From a virus: 64,000 bases of DNA. Positions 25,695 to 35,700 of the stretch are shown in pieces. The stretch covers positions 1 to 64,000 of IMG/VR virus record IMGVR_UViG_3300050821_010655, one strand, 5' to 3'. Numbering within the stretch: position 1 is the first letter of the stretch; each line of letters begins with the position of its first letter. The position numbers were made by a program, and so were the translations under genes. Under the pieces are notes generated by a model. The model saw only the letters and a program-made list of their open reading frames with translations. It made no database searches and had not been told where the DNA came from.

Positions 25695-25937
25695 TCAGGA
25701 GTTCCAACGGATGTGAGGCCCTCCAGCCAGCCCCAGTAGAATGTTAATCAGGATGATAACCGCCGCAATGGCGAGAATAACTCGCGCCACTTTAGCAAAC
25801 GGTTCAGGCAATGCGATGTAGTTTATCAGCCACCACAGCAGCCAGAACACCACTCCGATCACAATGAGGTAAATCAGTCCATGAATCACGGACTCCCCAC
25901 TTACGTTCATGTCGGCCAGTATTAACGCGAGGTTCAT
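25695..25937 (-). CDS. two-TM membrane protein (holin-like)
   Basis: LIYLIVIGVVFWLLWWLI..LPEPF.KV..VIL. Confidence 0.65.
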   Translation of the reverse strand: MNLALILADMNVSGESVIHGLIYLIVIGVVFWLLWWLINYIALPEPFAKVARVILAIAAVIILINILLGLAGGPHIRWNS

Positions 25938-25988
25938 TGTTTCCTTTTGGGTTGAGCAGCCTGCATAAAGTATGTAACTCGTGATCGG

Positions 25989-26369
25989 TCACACTGCGAT
26001 TGCCCCCTTGGGCGCGGTTCTCACCACTTTGGGAATATCCTCATCCTCTTTGGCGGCGACCGCCACGGTTGCGGTGTCGTCAGGACCAGGCACGGACCAA
26101 AATACCTCGTAACTGGTTTCGACAATATGATCGTGCCCCTTGCGGCGGACCACCACCTTGGCTTCCTTGTTGCCGGGCTCTCCTTCTCCGTGGAAAAAGA
26201 CAGCAAACTTTTTGTCCGTTCCCTTGGGGTCAACCGTGGCGACAGATTCACCGAACGGAACAATAGTAGCGTAGGTTCCGTCATCATTCTTCAATACCGG
26301 GTTGGCAAAGGTGAAATCCACCTTGCGCCTCTTGCCTGCAAGAACTGTTCCTAACTTTAATGTTTCCAT
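25989..26369 (-). CDS. hypothetical beta-rich protein
   Basis: ORF with AACGAAAG leader. Confidence 0.55.
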   Translation of the reverse strand: METLKLGTVLAGKRRKVDFTFANPVLKNDDGTYATIVPFGESVATVDPKGTDKKFAVFFHGEGEPGNKEAKVVVRRKGHDHIVETSYEVFWSVPGPDDTATVAVAAKEDEDIPKVVRTAPKGAIAV

Positions 26370-26409
26370 GTTTTTTCTTTCGTTTGTTGTTTAAGTTGAA
26401 CTGCAAATC

Positions 26410-26919
26410 TTAGGGCACGGGAGGTGGTTTCGGAGCCGCCAAATCTCCAGCCTTCTGTTGAACTTGATCTTTAATCTCACGCAACCCCACCCCAGCCAAT
26501 CCATAGGCTGCTCCGATTAATGGACCTGCGTTGTTCATGCCCGCCAATCCAAGCAGATAGTCCGCTCCCGCCCCCAATAGTGGCGCAAGAATCGGCAAAG
26601 CCCAGCCAGGTAACTTCGGTATCTCCTGCTTTGCTAGGGCGATTAATAACGGCACGGCAATTCCAACCAACATCATCCACGGGTTGCTCGCCACCGTAGG
26701 TTGCCCCGGCTTGAGCACAATCGGGGCATTAGTGCTCGCCTGTGGGGTGCTGGACACCACTGCGGCGGTATTGGTCGCCGGATGATTGGTGGGAGCCTCG
26801 GCATTCCAAATGATATAGGGATTGGTTGGGTTAATCTGGGCGGGCAGTCTGGATGGCAGAAGGCAGGCAAAGGCAACCAACACGGTTAAGGTGAAGTGCC
26901 AGATTGTTCTCATGGTCAT
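26410..26919 (-). CDS. membrane protein: signal peptide, P/T/N linker, holin-like TM domain
   Basis: N-terminal signal; three hydrophobic helices ending GLAGVGLREI. Confidence 0.6.
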   Translation of the reverse strand: MTMRTIWHFTLTVLVAFACLLPSRLPAQINPTNPYIIWNAEAPTNHPATNTAAVVSSTPQASTNAPIVLKPGQPTVASNPWMMLVGIAVPLLIALAKQEIPKLPGWALPILAPLLGAGADYLLGLAGMNNAGPLIGAAYGLAGVGLREIKDQVQQKAGDLAAPKPPPVP

Positions 26920-26944
26920 AATTTACAGTTTTTTTGTTATAAGG

Positions 26945-27259
26945 TCAAACACCGGTTGTTTTGGGAATAGGTTGAACTTTGGAAATTGGATTTAGACTAA
27001 TCTGTTCCTGAGTACCATAAAACGGAGGCGAGCTGTCTGAGGACGGAGGTAACGGATTGGCGGACCACCATTGAAAAAACCGGATGCCACCGTTAATCGC
27101 AAATGTGCCCGTAAGCATCTTGAAAAAGTTAGGACTTAAAAATGCCCAGTCCTTCGAGTCGATCAACCACGCGGTCAATGTGGATACGATAGCTGCGGCA
27201 CCGCCATGAATCAATGTCTCAATACCAGCCCTAAGCCATTTGCGCGTTGCGTTTGTCAT
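26945..27259 (-). CDS. two-TM holin-like protein
   Basis: KWL...IHGGAAAI; second helix then ANPLP. Confidence 0.55.
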   Translation of the reverse strand: MTNATRKWLRAGIETLIHGGAAAIVSTLTAWLIDSKDWAFLSPNFFKMLTGTFAINGGIRFFQWWSANPLPPSSDSSPPFYGTQEQISLNPISKVQPIPKTTGV

Positions 27260-27735
27260 GGCTTTTTGAGAATTAATCCGATGACTCCAATGGCAATAAT
27301 TGCCAGAGTAATCACCAATGCCCAGGTGGCGTTGACCCCCGCCGTTCGGCCTTTTGTCTCTGATAAAATTTTCTTCACCTCCTCTATTTTGTCGTTCAGA
27401 CCATCGAACTTGGCGACCGCTTCCGGACGCGGAACCATCTCCTTGTATTGAGCATCCATCTTCCGAGTCAGGTCATTGTGGCTGGCGTTGTAATTATTCT
27501 GAAAGCCCTCCTGTTTCAGAATCGCCTTGTCGGATGCCGCCAGAGCCGAAGCCGTAGCTTCTTTTTGAGCAGCCAAGGCGTTCTTGGTTTCCCTTTCCTG
27601 GCCGTCGAATCGCTCTTTGTAACGAGTGTCACGCTCGTTCATAAGCTCTTTGAAAGCGTAAAACTCAGCCGCAAGTTGATAAATGTCCGGGGATCGAAAC
27701 CTGCAATTCTCCACTCTCTGGTTGTCGTCGCTCAT
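27256..27735 (-). CDS. coiled-coil protein with C-terminal TM
   Basis: A..A..KAI.K.E coiled coil; C-terminal hydrophobic helix. Confidence 0.6.
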   Translation of the reverse strand: MSDDNQRVENCRFRSPDIYQLAAEFYAFKELMNERDTRYKERFDGQERETKNALAAQKEATASALAASDKAILKQEGFQNNYNASHNDLTRKMDAQYKEMVPRPEAVAKFDGLNDKIEEVKKILSETKGRTAGVNATWALVITLAIIAIGVIGLILKKP

Positions 27736-28067
27736 TGTTTGTATTTCCCATCGGCAGGCGGTCCGATGCGGTGACGCAGCCCTTCAATCTCTCTTTTCAA
27801 ATCAGTAATTTCATTGTCGCGAGCGGAGATCTCAGACCTGAATTCTGATCTCGTAATGAACTCGCGCATCGAGAATACAATCTCTGACAGAGTTTTCCCT
27901 TGGTCGTCCTGAATCTTCTCCATGTGATCCAGGTGCCGGGATGCACCCCATCCGATGATGATCATCAGGATGCCGAGCAGCCCGCTAAACGCCGATACAA
28001 CTATGGTGTTTAGGTTTATCTTCATGAATTTCTCTGGACTGTTGTGACTTAGGGTTTGATGTCCCAT
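27732..28067 (-). CDS. N-terminal TM + coiled-coil protein
   Basis: Hydrophobic helix then FITRSEF motif, typical of lysis-cluster genes. Confidence 0.55.
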   Translation of the reverse strand: MGHQTLSHNSPEKFMKINLNTIVVSAFSGLLGILMIIIGWGASRHLDHMEKIQDDQGKTLSEIVFSMREFITRSEFRSEISARDNEITDLKREIEGLRHRIGPPADGKYKQ

Positions 28068-28068
28068 A

Positions 28069-28779
28069 TCATTTTAGGACGTTAATCTGTAACCTAAAGT
28101 ACATCTTCGGATCAGGCGAGTTGGTAAGCCCAAGCGCATTTCTGAAGTTGGTAAATGGACCGTTAAGGTTGATGGCTGACTGGACCTGGACCAAATAAAC
28201 AAGGTTGCTGACCGGCACGGTGTAGCTTACCTCGGGACTGTAATCGCCTTCAAGACCATTATAGAGTTTGCTGGTCGCCGCGAAATAATACGTCGCCCCG
28301 GCCACAAGCGGTCCAATCCTCGCCGTGGTGTTGGTCGCCGGGCCGACCGTCACCGAGTTGGTATAGGCCAGACTGACGCCGCCCCAGTGGATTCCATAGG
28401 CAGTTATCAATGGATCGGTGTCCGCAATCCATGCGAGCGTGACCCCGGGGCCGGATGGAGGCACCAAAGACATATCCATAGCCCGCCTGGGTATCTTTGA
28501 AAAGCTGGGAGGTATCGGCGGAGATTTTGGTTTAGGCGCAGCACAACCTCCGGCAATTAGCATGGACGCCACAATCATGAATCGCGCAATGCGATGCTTG
28601 AGCGCATATTGAACCAACAGGGCTACTGAATAAATCCCAAGCCTCCGCTTCACTTTAAGCAGGTGGTCGTCGATTGTTTTTGGGCTGAGTTTAATTGCAA
28701 ATGCCGCTTCCTTGCGGTTCTTTCCTTCCGCAATGAGCTTGAGCACCTGTTGCTGGCGCGGGCTGAGAGTGCTTTTCAT
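28069..28779 (-). CDS. LuxR-type HTH fused to lipoprotein signal, FN3 domain and Verrucomicrobia-type C-terminal motif
   Basis: LSPRQQQVLKLIAEG..KE.A..I.LSPKTI..H; MLIAGG-C; VTLAW..Y...GATYYFAAT; QSAINLNGPFTN...MYFRL; ATGA-coupled start 28779. Confidence 0.8.
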   Translation of the reverse strand: MKSTLSPRQQQVLKLIAEGKNRKEAAFAIKLSPKTIDDHLLKVKRRLGIYSVALLVQYALKHRIARFMIVASMLIAGGCAAPKPKSPPIPPSFSKIPRRAMDMSLVPPSGPGVTLAWIADTDPLITAYGIHWGGVSLAYTNSVTVGPATNTTARIGPLVAGATYYFAATSKLYNGLEGDYSPEVSYTVPVSNLVYLVQVQSAINLNGPFTNFRNALGLTNSPDPKMYFRLQINVLK

Positions 28780-30530
28780 TTGATGTTCATCCCGCTCGTA
28801 CTCCCGCTGCTCCATTGCTGGCCCATGGCCACCTGGCCCCCACCCGCCGGAGGGTCCACGCCGTAAACGTCCCGGTAGCCTGCCGGTATGTTGGTGTAGC
28901 TGCTCGAATATGCGGGCGAGGCCGGGTCCACCGCAGGCCACGCCAGGAATCCGAACCATGCAGGCTTGCTGGCGAGATAGTAACTCGGCGGAAGGTCGGC
29001 GCTCGCAAATCCATCCGGCACAATACCGCTATTCGTGGCCGTGGCGCTGGTCCAGTTGTATGCCCGAGTCAAAGTACTGCGCGGAAGCAGGTCGGTTACG
29101 GCGGCGTTGCAACTCACGTCCCACCACCCTAGGTAATAGATCGCGTTGGCCTTGCAGCCGCCAGCTTGCCCGGCGTAATCCTCATAATTCGTGGTAATGC
29201 CGGTTGTGCCAAGGACGTTCCCAATGCTGCATTCGTAACGGTTGGTGACGTTCGCGGCGAAGGCGTATTGAAGCCCCTCCCCCGTTCCGGCGCTTGGATT
29301 GTAGCCAAGCGTACGGCTCCTGAACGCCACGTTGCGAGACGACCCACCCCAGGTGTTATCGAAGCCAATCGCTGGCGAATAGTTCCCTTCGTAGAGGTTC
29401 ATGTTCGGGTTGCCGCCATGCTGCAAGAGTCCCTGCAAAATCACTGTGAAGAATGGAACCTGATTCGTCATCACGTTGTAAGCCCAGACCCCTCCGTGCG
29501 AGCCGTTCGGGTAAAGCCCAGTGTTGACCGAACGGGAGATGTTGTTCTGCACGAGTATCCCGGCGCTGGCCCTGGTTCCGAATCCATAGGTATCAAGCCC
29601 GGCAGTTGCGTCACATGTGCAATGGTCAATCTGACAGCGCAAGGTCCAATGAGCATAAATCGCGGGAGTGTGCTGAGTCGTTCCCAAGTGGACGACGACG
29701 TTCGACATCCAGCAATCGACCGCGCAATTGAAATCCGCTCGGCCTTGGCTGAAAGTGCAGTTGGCAATCCAGGATTTCCGCACCGGCCCGCCCGAGTTGA
29801 ACCGCCATACCTGCGGCTGCTGGCTTGACCCATATTGAAGATTCACGTTCTGGTTGTTCCAGTTGGTCATGTAGAGCGGTTCGCGCAGCGTGATCGTGGT
29901 GCCGTTAATGGCCGTGATGTAGTTGACCTGAAACTGAGCGCGGTCCCTTCCGTCATTGGGGAAACTGACACTCGTGTATTCGTAGAGCGAGTAGGGTCCG
30001 TTGGATGAGTTGCCGTAAATGTCTGTGTCCACGTCGTCGTTTTGGTCCAGCACAATCATCTGGCCCACGGCGTATCCGTTCACACCTGCCACAGTGATTT
30101 GCGTCGTTCCCTGCGAGTAGCCCGCCGTCCAGTTCGTGTGATTGCCGGTGCTCGGCGTCACCGTTTCGTTCACGCCCCACCATTGCCAGTTGCCTATTTG
30201 CGCGTCAGGATAGTTCGCGCTCGTGAACGTCACCCCTGGAGCGCCGTTCAATCCAACGCCGTCGTTGAAGATGTTGATCGTCGTGCCGCCCAAATTGTAA
30301 GTGCCGTTCGTGGCGAGTTGCACGTAGCTGTTGCTCGGACAGGTGCTCAGAGCGGTGTTGATGTTGCCACCAGAGGCCAGCAGGATCGGCGTCATGCTGG
30401 ATAACGGAGGGATGCCGCCAGGGACGCCGACTTGATTGGTCCAGCCTGTTCCTGCGGGCTTCTGGACCTGCTGTAAGGGGTCCGAGGCGAGCGCGGAAAG
30501 AGCAAAGAAGAATGGAAGTAGGTAACGCAT
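28776..30530 (-). CDS. signal-peptide protein with right-handed beta-helix (pectin-lyase-like, possible depolymerase/adhesin)
   Basis: MRYLLPFFFALSALA-S; stacked WIANCTF / CWMSNVVV / CQIDHCT / LVQNNI / NLYEGNY repeats. Confidence 0.7.
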   Translation of the reverse strand: MRYLLPFFFALSALASDPLQQVQKPAGTGWTNQVGVPGGIPPLSSMTPILLASGGNINTALSTCPSNSYVQLATNGTYNLGGTTINIFNDGVGLNGAPGVTFTSANYPDAQIGNWQWWGVNETVTPSTGNHTNWTAGYSQGTTQITVAGVNGYAVGQMIVLDQNDDVDTDIYGNSSNGPYSLYEYTSVSFPNDGRDRAQFQVNYITAINGTTITLREPLYMTNWNNQNVNLQYGSSQQPQVWRFNSGGPVRKSWIANCTFSQGRADFNCAVDCWMSNVVVHLGTTQHTPAIYAHWTLRCQIDHCTCDATAGLDTYGFGTRASAGILVQNNISRSVNTGLYPNGSHGGVWAYNVMTNQVPFFTVILQGLLQHGGNPNMNLYEGNYSPAIGFDNTWGGSSRNVAFRSRTLGYNPSAGTGEGLQYAFAANVTNRYECSIGNVLGTTGITTNYEDYAGQAGGCKANAIYYLGWWDVSCNAAVTDLLPRSTLTRAYNWTSATATNSGIVPDGFASADLPPSYYLASKPAWFGFLAWPAVDPASPAYSSSYTNIPAGYRDVYGVDPPAGGGQVAMGQQWSSGSTSGMNIK

Positions 30531-32719
30531 TAATGAAATGTAGCTACACTCATCGAACCGCTCGTGGCGTTGCGTGGTGTGCAAGAGGACGATGCGGGTC
30601 CGGTAGCACGCTGGAATGAATCACAGGTGGTCAGTGCGCTTGGCTGGACAGTCTCCCCCATGCTCTCTCCTGATGGGACGCTTACCAAAAGTCCGTTACC
30701 GGAATCCACCATCAGCCCGAACACAAGTTCATCAGTGAAGCTTGTTGCCGCTGTATTACCGCTGTTGAACGCCGTGGTGCTGCTCATGTTCGCCGTGTGG
30801 GTTTTGTCGAACGGCTGGTAGAGTGCGAACCCGGCATATTCGTGAATGGCATAATGGAGGTCACTGCTCGTTGCCCCACTGATACTCACGGTAACGGTGT
30901 TGGCTCCCGCCACGCTGTTGCTGGCATAATAAATCCACGAATCATCTGCTGCGAGGCCGGTGTCGGTGGGTGCCTGCGCCACTGTATAGGTATTGTGACT
31001 GTCGGTAACTGTGACCGTTCGACCATGCACACTACCTCCGGCAACTACGAGCAGGCTTGCGGCCCGGTTCGTGATTGGAAACTGAACAGACAAACTCGAT
31101 ACCGCAGACCCCGCCGCGATGTTCGTGCTTTGAACAAAGAACTTTGGAGACGCTTGAGCCGTCCCGCCGCTAGGAAGAAATCCGACCATGTAGAACGACA
31201 TATCCCCACGAGGGGCAGTCGGAAGTCCCTGGTAATAGTTCGCTATAATGATTGGGGACGTGTCAGGAGTAATGCAGTGCGACCATGAATTATTCTGGTC
31301 TGGGTTGGAGGGTCCGTCCCTGGATTCGTTTGTCCAGACCTCGCAGTCAAAGCGCATGTTCCCGCCGAGTATGTTGGAAGTCGTCATAAACACTTCCTGC
31401 GCTTGGTTCAGAACAAATTCACCCGCAACCGAAGGCGTGAACCAGTGAGGCAACGCAAGCCCGTTCGTGTATTGGCCATTATCGTTGATGACCTGCTGCA
31501 CGCCGTAATCGAATGGATAAAGTGAAGCTCCAACAATGTCATAAGCCATGATGGTCATGTCGCCGTTTTGTCCTACCTGATTCGTAACGTAAAGGTTCGC
31601 GCTGGCTACCAAGTTGCTGGCATAAACACAACAGGTGTTCGCACCACCAGACTGGATATGAACGACTACAGGATGACCAGCGGCAAGCGTGTAAGTGTTC
31701 CCTTGAGTATCAGTAGCATTTGTGGGATAACAAAGTGAACCGCCCGCCTGACACCCGAGCACAAGCAGATTGCCCACAGTCGGGAATTGAGAAACGCAGA
31801 TTCGTCCTGCTGGCACTAAGGGTCCAGGCCAAGACTGATGTGAGATTCCAGCAACATACATTCCCGCTGGTCGTCCTACGCCTTGGGCCGTGGCACTGGC
31901 TTTGAGAGCAATCGTCGCTGCGATGTATCGGGTAGCGTTGACGGTGCAGGTCATCTGAGGATTGATTGCCGCTGTCGCGCTATCGATTCCCCACTGCAAA
32001 GCATGGCCATCGTTCACGTCAACCGTCGTCAACGCCCATGTAATGTTGGCTTGGCTACCGGCAGTCCAAAACGATTGAATGGTCGAGCCGGTTCCGTATC
32101 TAACACCCCACTCTAGAATCAAGTCACCCGTCTGAGTTGGCGTGATACTTCCGGCGCTAATAGTTCCGCTGGCCGCTGACGTGAACGTGTTCGTCACATC
32201 CATTGGACTATAAGGGATGATATCGTTTGCTTCCAACGCAACAGCTACAATATTCGACATGATGACCGTGCCGTTCGTGACGTAGATAAAATGAGTTCCC
32301 GCAGTGATGTTCGTTGCCGCATACCACCAGATAGCCTGGTTCCCGGTCGCATCATATCCATAAGTTTGCTGGCGGTAAACATTTCCCACATCATCACCTA
32401 TCCCGGCCCACACAGCAGGAGAAGTGGTCCGAGCTGATATGCCCATGAGCGCGGTATTTCCAGTCTGAGTGGGACTTGGAAAGTTGAACCGGACAATCCC
32501 ATTGGCCATCAAGTTTGTCCCTTGACCACTCACAGAATTGGAAAGGGAAGAAAAGCTAGTGCGTTGGAGGATGCTTGGAACAACTGCGCCGCTTGCAGGG
32601 ACGGCCATGTAAGGCACGTTTCCGAGCGTTTGCATGTTGGGCTGCGCTGAGCCTCCCACGGTCTGAGCCTTTGCCGTAAATCCAAAGACCAGAGCCGCAA
32701 TAAAAATCAACATCCTCAT
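30530..32719 (-). CDS. signal-peptide adhesin-like protein with three beta-sandwich modules
   Basis: MRMLIFIAALVFGFTAKA-Q; three repeats of GN.L...D..GN(T/V)Y...YA.N...P(M/F)D...G(D/E). Confidence 0.7.
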   Translation of the reverse strand: MRMLIFIAALVFGFTAKAQTVGGSAQPNMQTLGNVPYMAVPASGAVVPSILQRTSFSSLSNSVSGQGTNLMANGIVRFNFPSPTQTGNTALMGISARTTSPAVWAGIGDDVGNVYRQQTYGYDATGNQAIWWYAATNITAGTHFIYVTNGTVIMSNIVAVALEANDIIPYSPMDVTNTFTSAASGTISAGSITPTQTGDLILEWGVRYGTGSTIQSFWTAGSQANITWALTTVDVNDGHALQWGIDSATAAINPQMTCTVNATRYIAATIALKASATAQGVGRPAGMYVAGISHQSWPGPLVPAGRICVSQFPTVGNLLVLGCQAGGSLCYPTNATDTQGNTYTLAAGHPVVVHIQSGGANTCCVYASNLVASANLYVTNQVGQNGDMTIMAYDIVGASLYPFDYGVQQVINDNGQYTNGLALPHWFTPSVAGEFVLNQAQEVFMTTSNILGGNMRFDCEVWTNESRDGPSNPDQNNSWSHCITPDTSPIIIANYYQGLPTAPRGDMSFYMVGFLPSGGTAQASPKFFVQSTNIAAGSAVSSLSVQFPITNRAASLLVVAGGSVHGRTVTVTDSHNTYTVAQAPTDTGLAADDSWIYYASNSVAGANTVTVSISGATSSDLHYAIHEYAGFALYQPFDKTHTANMSSTTAFNSGNTAATSFTDELVFGLMVDSGNGLLVSVPSGESMGETVQPSALTTCDSFQRATGPASSSCTPRNATSGSMSVATFH

Positions 32720-35700
32720 GGATAAGTCAAAGTCTGCCACATTCCATTGGTCGTCGGAATCGAGATTGAGGCGTTCAACAGCCACTCAATATTCGTCGAG
32801 GTCCAGTAGGGCGAGCCGCCCCAGCTAGCAACTTGGATGTAGCAGTCGTCACCTGGATTCGGAGTGCCCGCGAGAGTGAATCCTGCCGTCATGTGCCAGT
32901 TCGTGCTGCAAGTCCCCGTCGTAATCGGTAGATTATTTGTGAACGTCACGGCAGTCCCGAGAGCCGTTCCGGCTCGCGCTCCCGCGAATGACCATACGTT
33001 TGTAACCTTTGTGCTGAAATTAGTTCCCGAGGCCACGCCGACGGCCCCGGTTATCGATCCGCCTGTCGCGTAGTTCGGAGGCATCTTGAACTCAAGAATT
33101 GCGTTGTTCGTTCCGCTCGTGGACATCTGCCAGCCGAGGAATGTAAGCCCGGCGCTTTGGAGAAGGTTGAAGGCGGTTCCGGGAGTGTTGGTGGTCCACG
33201 TCATTGGGAGCGTATCTCCGGGACGGATGGCGACTGCTTTCCAAGTGATAACGGCCACGCCTCCTGTCAAAGCCCCAGAGTTTAGGTTAGTTAAATTTCC
33301 TCCGTTGAACAAAGGCGCACGAGTATCATTGTTGGTCAACACACCTCCAGGTAACGCTCCCTGAGGGATAGTTCCGATAAGATTAGCAGCTTGTGGAGGC
33401 CAAATCTGATTGGTGGATGCTGTGCCTGTAATAGGATTGGTTTCAACTAGCCAGAGTCCGTAGCTATTCGAGTTCCAAAATATCATACCACCATTCCCGA
33501 GATTGGCGTAGCTTGCCGTCACTGGGAATGTATTGGAAGCCAGAACACCAGATGGAGGCGTGTTCGTGAGATTGACCCCATTAACTCCTGAACCGATAGT
33601 GCCACCAGCAGCCAGAGCGTTTGCGGTCGTGGCAGTGGTTGCTGTGGTTGCCGTAGTCGCCAAGTCGGCAACTCCTGCGGTCGGCCAGATTTTATTGGTG
33701 TATCCCAATCCAGTTAGTGCATTCGTGCCTATCAAATAGAGCGCGTATCCATTGGAGTTCCAGAAGATCACGCTGGCTGTCGAAAGATTCGCAAAGCTCG
33801 CCGTAATCGGCAGTGTATTGCTCGCCAGGATGTATCCGCTAGAAGCGTTGACTAAACCATTGGTAACGGTCACAGTGTTAGCGGTAGTCAGGTTCTCCAC
33901 GATTAATCCATCCGCCACCTCCAAGGCAAAATCTCCGTTGGCGAATGCTTGTACATTCGTTGAGACAACGGCATTAGTTAAAGTCCCGCCCCAAATGTTG
34001 GTTCCTCCTGGAACCATGAGTTGCCCGCCGAATAGAGTGGCAGTGTCTCCCGCCCCCGCTAAATTATTCGTGAACGTGTACGCGAATCCCGCAGGAATCA
34101 TGCCGGCAATGATGTTCGTGTAATCCGCCGCAAATCCGAGAGTGGACGATGTGACTCCGACGCTATTGGTCACCGCGCCCGGTATCCACAGGTTAACGTC
34201 CGATTGACCGGATACATTCGATACGTGCAGGTCAACGTTGGCCTGGACGATGATCGGGGCTCCGTAGAAATTGGTGTACCATTGGCTTGATATAAAGTTG
34301 GTCTGAATCAGAAGTCCGTTCGTGAACCCCGTGGCGAAGTCGGTCAAGGCGTAGTTGATGCTGCCGTCAGCGTTATAGTTCGATGCAACGGAACCGCCGC
34401 TGGCAAAAGTAACGTAAACTTTTGTCAAATTCGACAAACCGGCACCGTAGTTAGTCGAGAGTAATTGCAGGCCAGGTGGTAGTGCTGCGGTGGGAACCGT
34501 ATTGCTTGCCAGGTTCGCGGCGCTGATTCGTACATTCCACAACGCGGACCCGTCGGAGGCCCCGATGCTAGCGCCCGCGAGCAGATTGTTCGCCCAAGCT
34601 ATGTTCGTCGCGGTCTCGCTCCAGGCGTTGGTGCTTGCACCAATCCAAAACGTCGAGAAAGTGACGGCAGACGCCGGACATACAATGGAGGACACACCGT
34701 TGGCTGTAATCGGAAAGCGCAACACACAATTCGTTGCCGCACCGTTTGTTACTATCAGCGTCACCTGCGCCGGGTAGGCCGCATTGATTGGCCCGTAATA
34801 ATTCGTCACCTGCATGTCGTTGGTGGTGGAATACGTCTGGAGCGAGTTCGTGACCACCAGGTAATTAGTCGGACCATTGAACGGCTGCGCGATCAGGTAG
34901 AAGGCATTTGTCGTGAAGTGAACCGAGTCCGCCGCCGTCGCATAAACGTCCATATTCGTGGCTACGCTCAGCCCGTTCCCGCCAAAATCGGTAAGTGTAC
35001 CATCGTGCCATAGCAGATAAGAACCGTCCGCGTTGGTGAAATAAATTCCAGTCGAGGTATCCCAGATAATTAGGTTCGTAAATGTCGGGCCGTAGTAAGT
35101 ACTGCCCCCGGGAGTGACCCACGTTTGATCGCCGCGCAGGAAGGTGCTGGAAGTGGCGGAACCGCTGCCGAGGCGGGCGGTGGGAATCGTGTTGCTGGCG
35201 ATATTCGCACCACTGATCCTGACATTCCAAAGCGCCGAACCGTCTGAGGCCCCGATCACCGCCCCCGCCGCTAAATTGCTGGCCCAGGCGATATTGGTCT
35301 GCGTCTCGCTCCAGGCGTTGGTGCTTGCGCCGAGCCAGAAGGTGCAGAAGGTGACCGAGGAAGCCGGACATAGTATGCTGGTCAAATTGTTGCCTGTGAG
35401 AGGAAACCTCAACGTGCAATTCGTCGCCGCGCCGTTCGTTATCCATAACGTCACCTGGCCCGGAATGGCCGCGCTGCCACCCACGTAGTTGGTGATCTGC
35501 ATGTCATTGGTCGTCGTATAGGTCTGCAACTCGTTGGTCACCGCCAACAGGTTCGTCGGCCCCGCCCAGGTCTGCGCGAGAGTGTATTGCTCGTTGGTGA
35601 CGTAGCCAACCGCTGAGGCCACCGAGGATGCCGTCTGGATGGCGTTGGTGAGGATGTAGTTCGTGACGGTTCCAGCATAAGGGGCATACGTCGCCACTCC

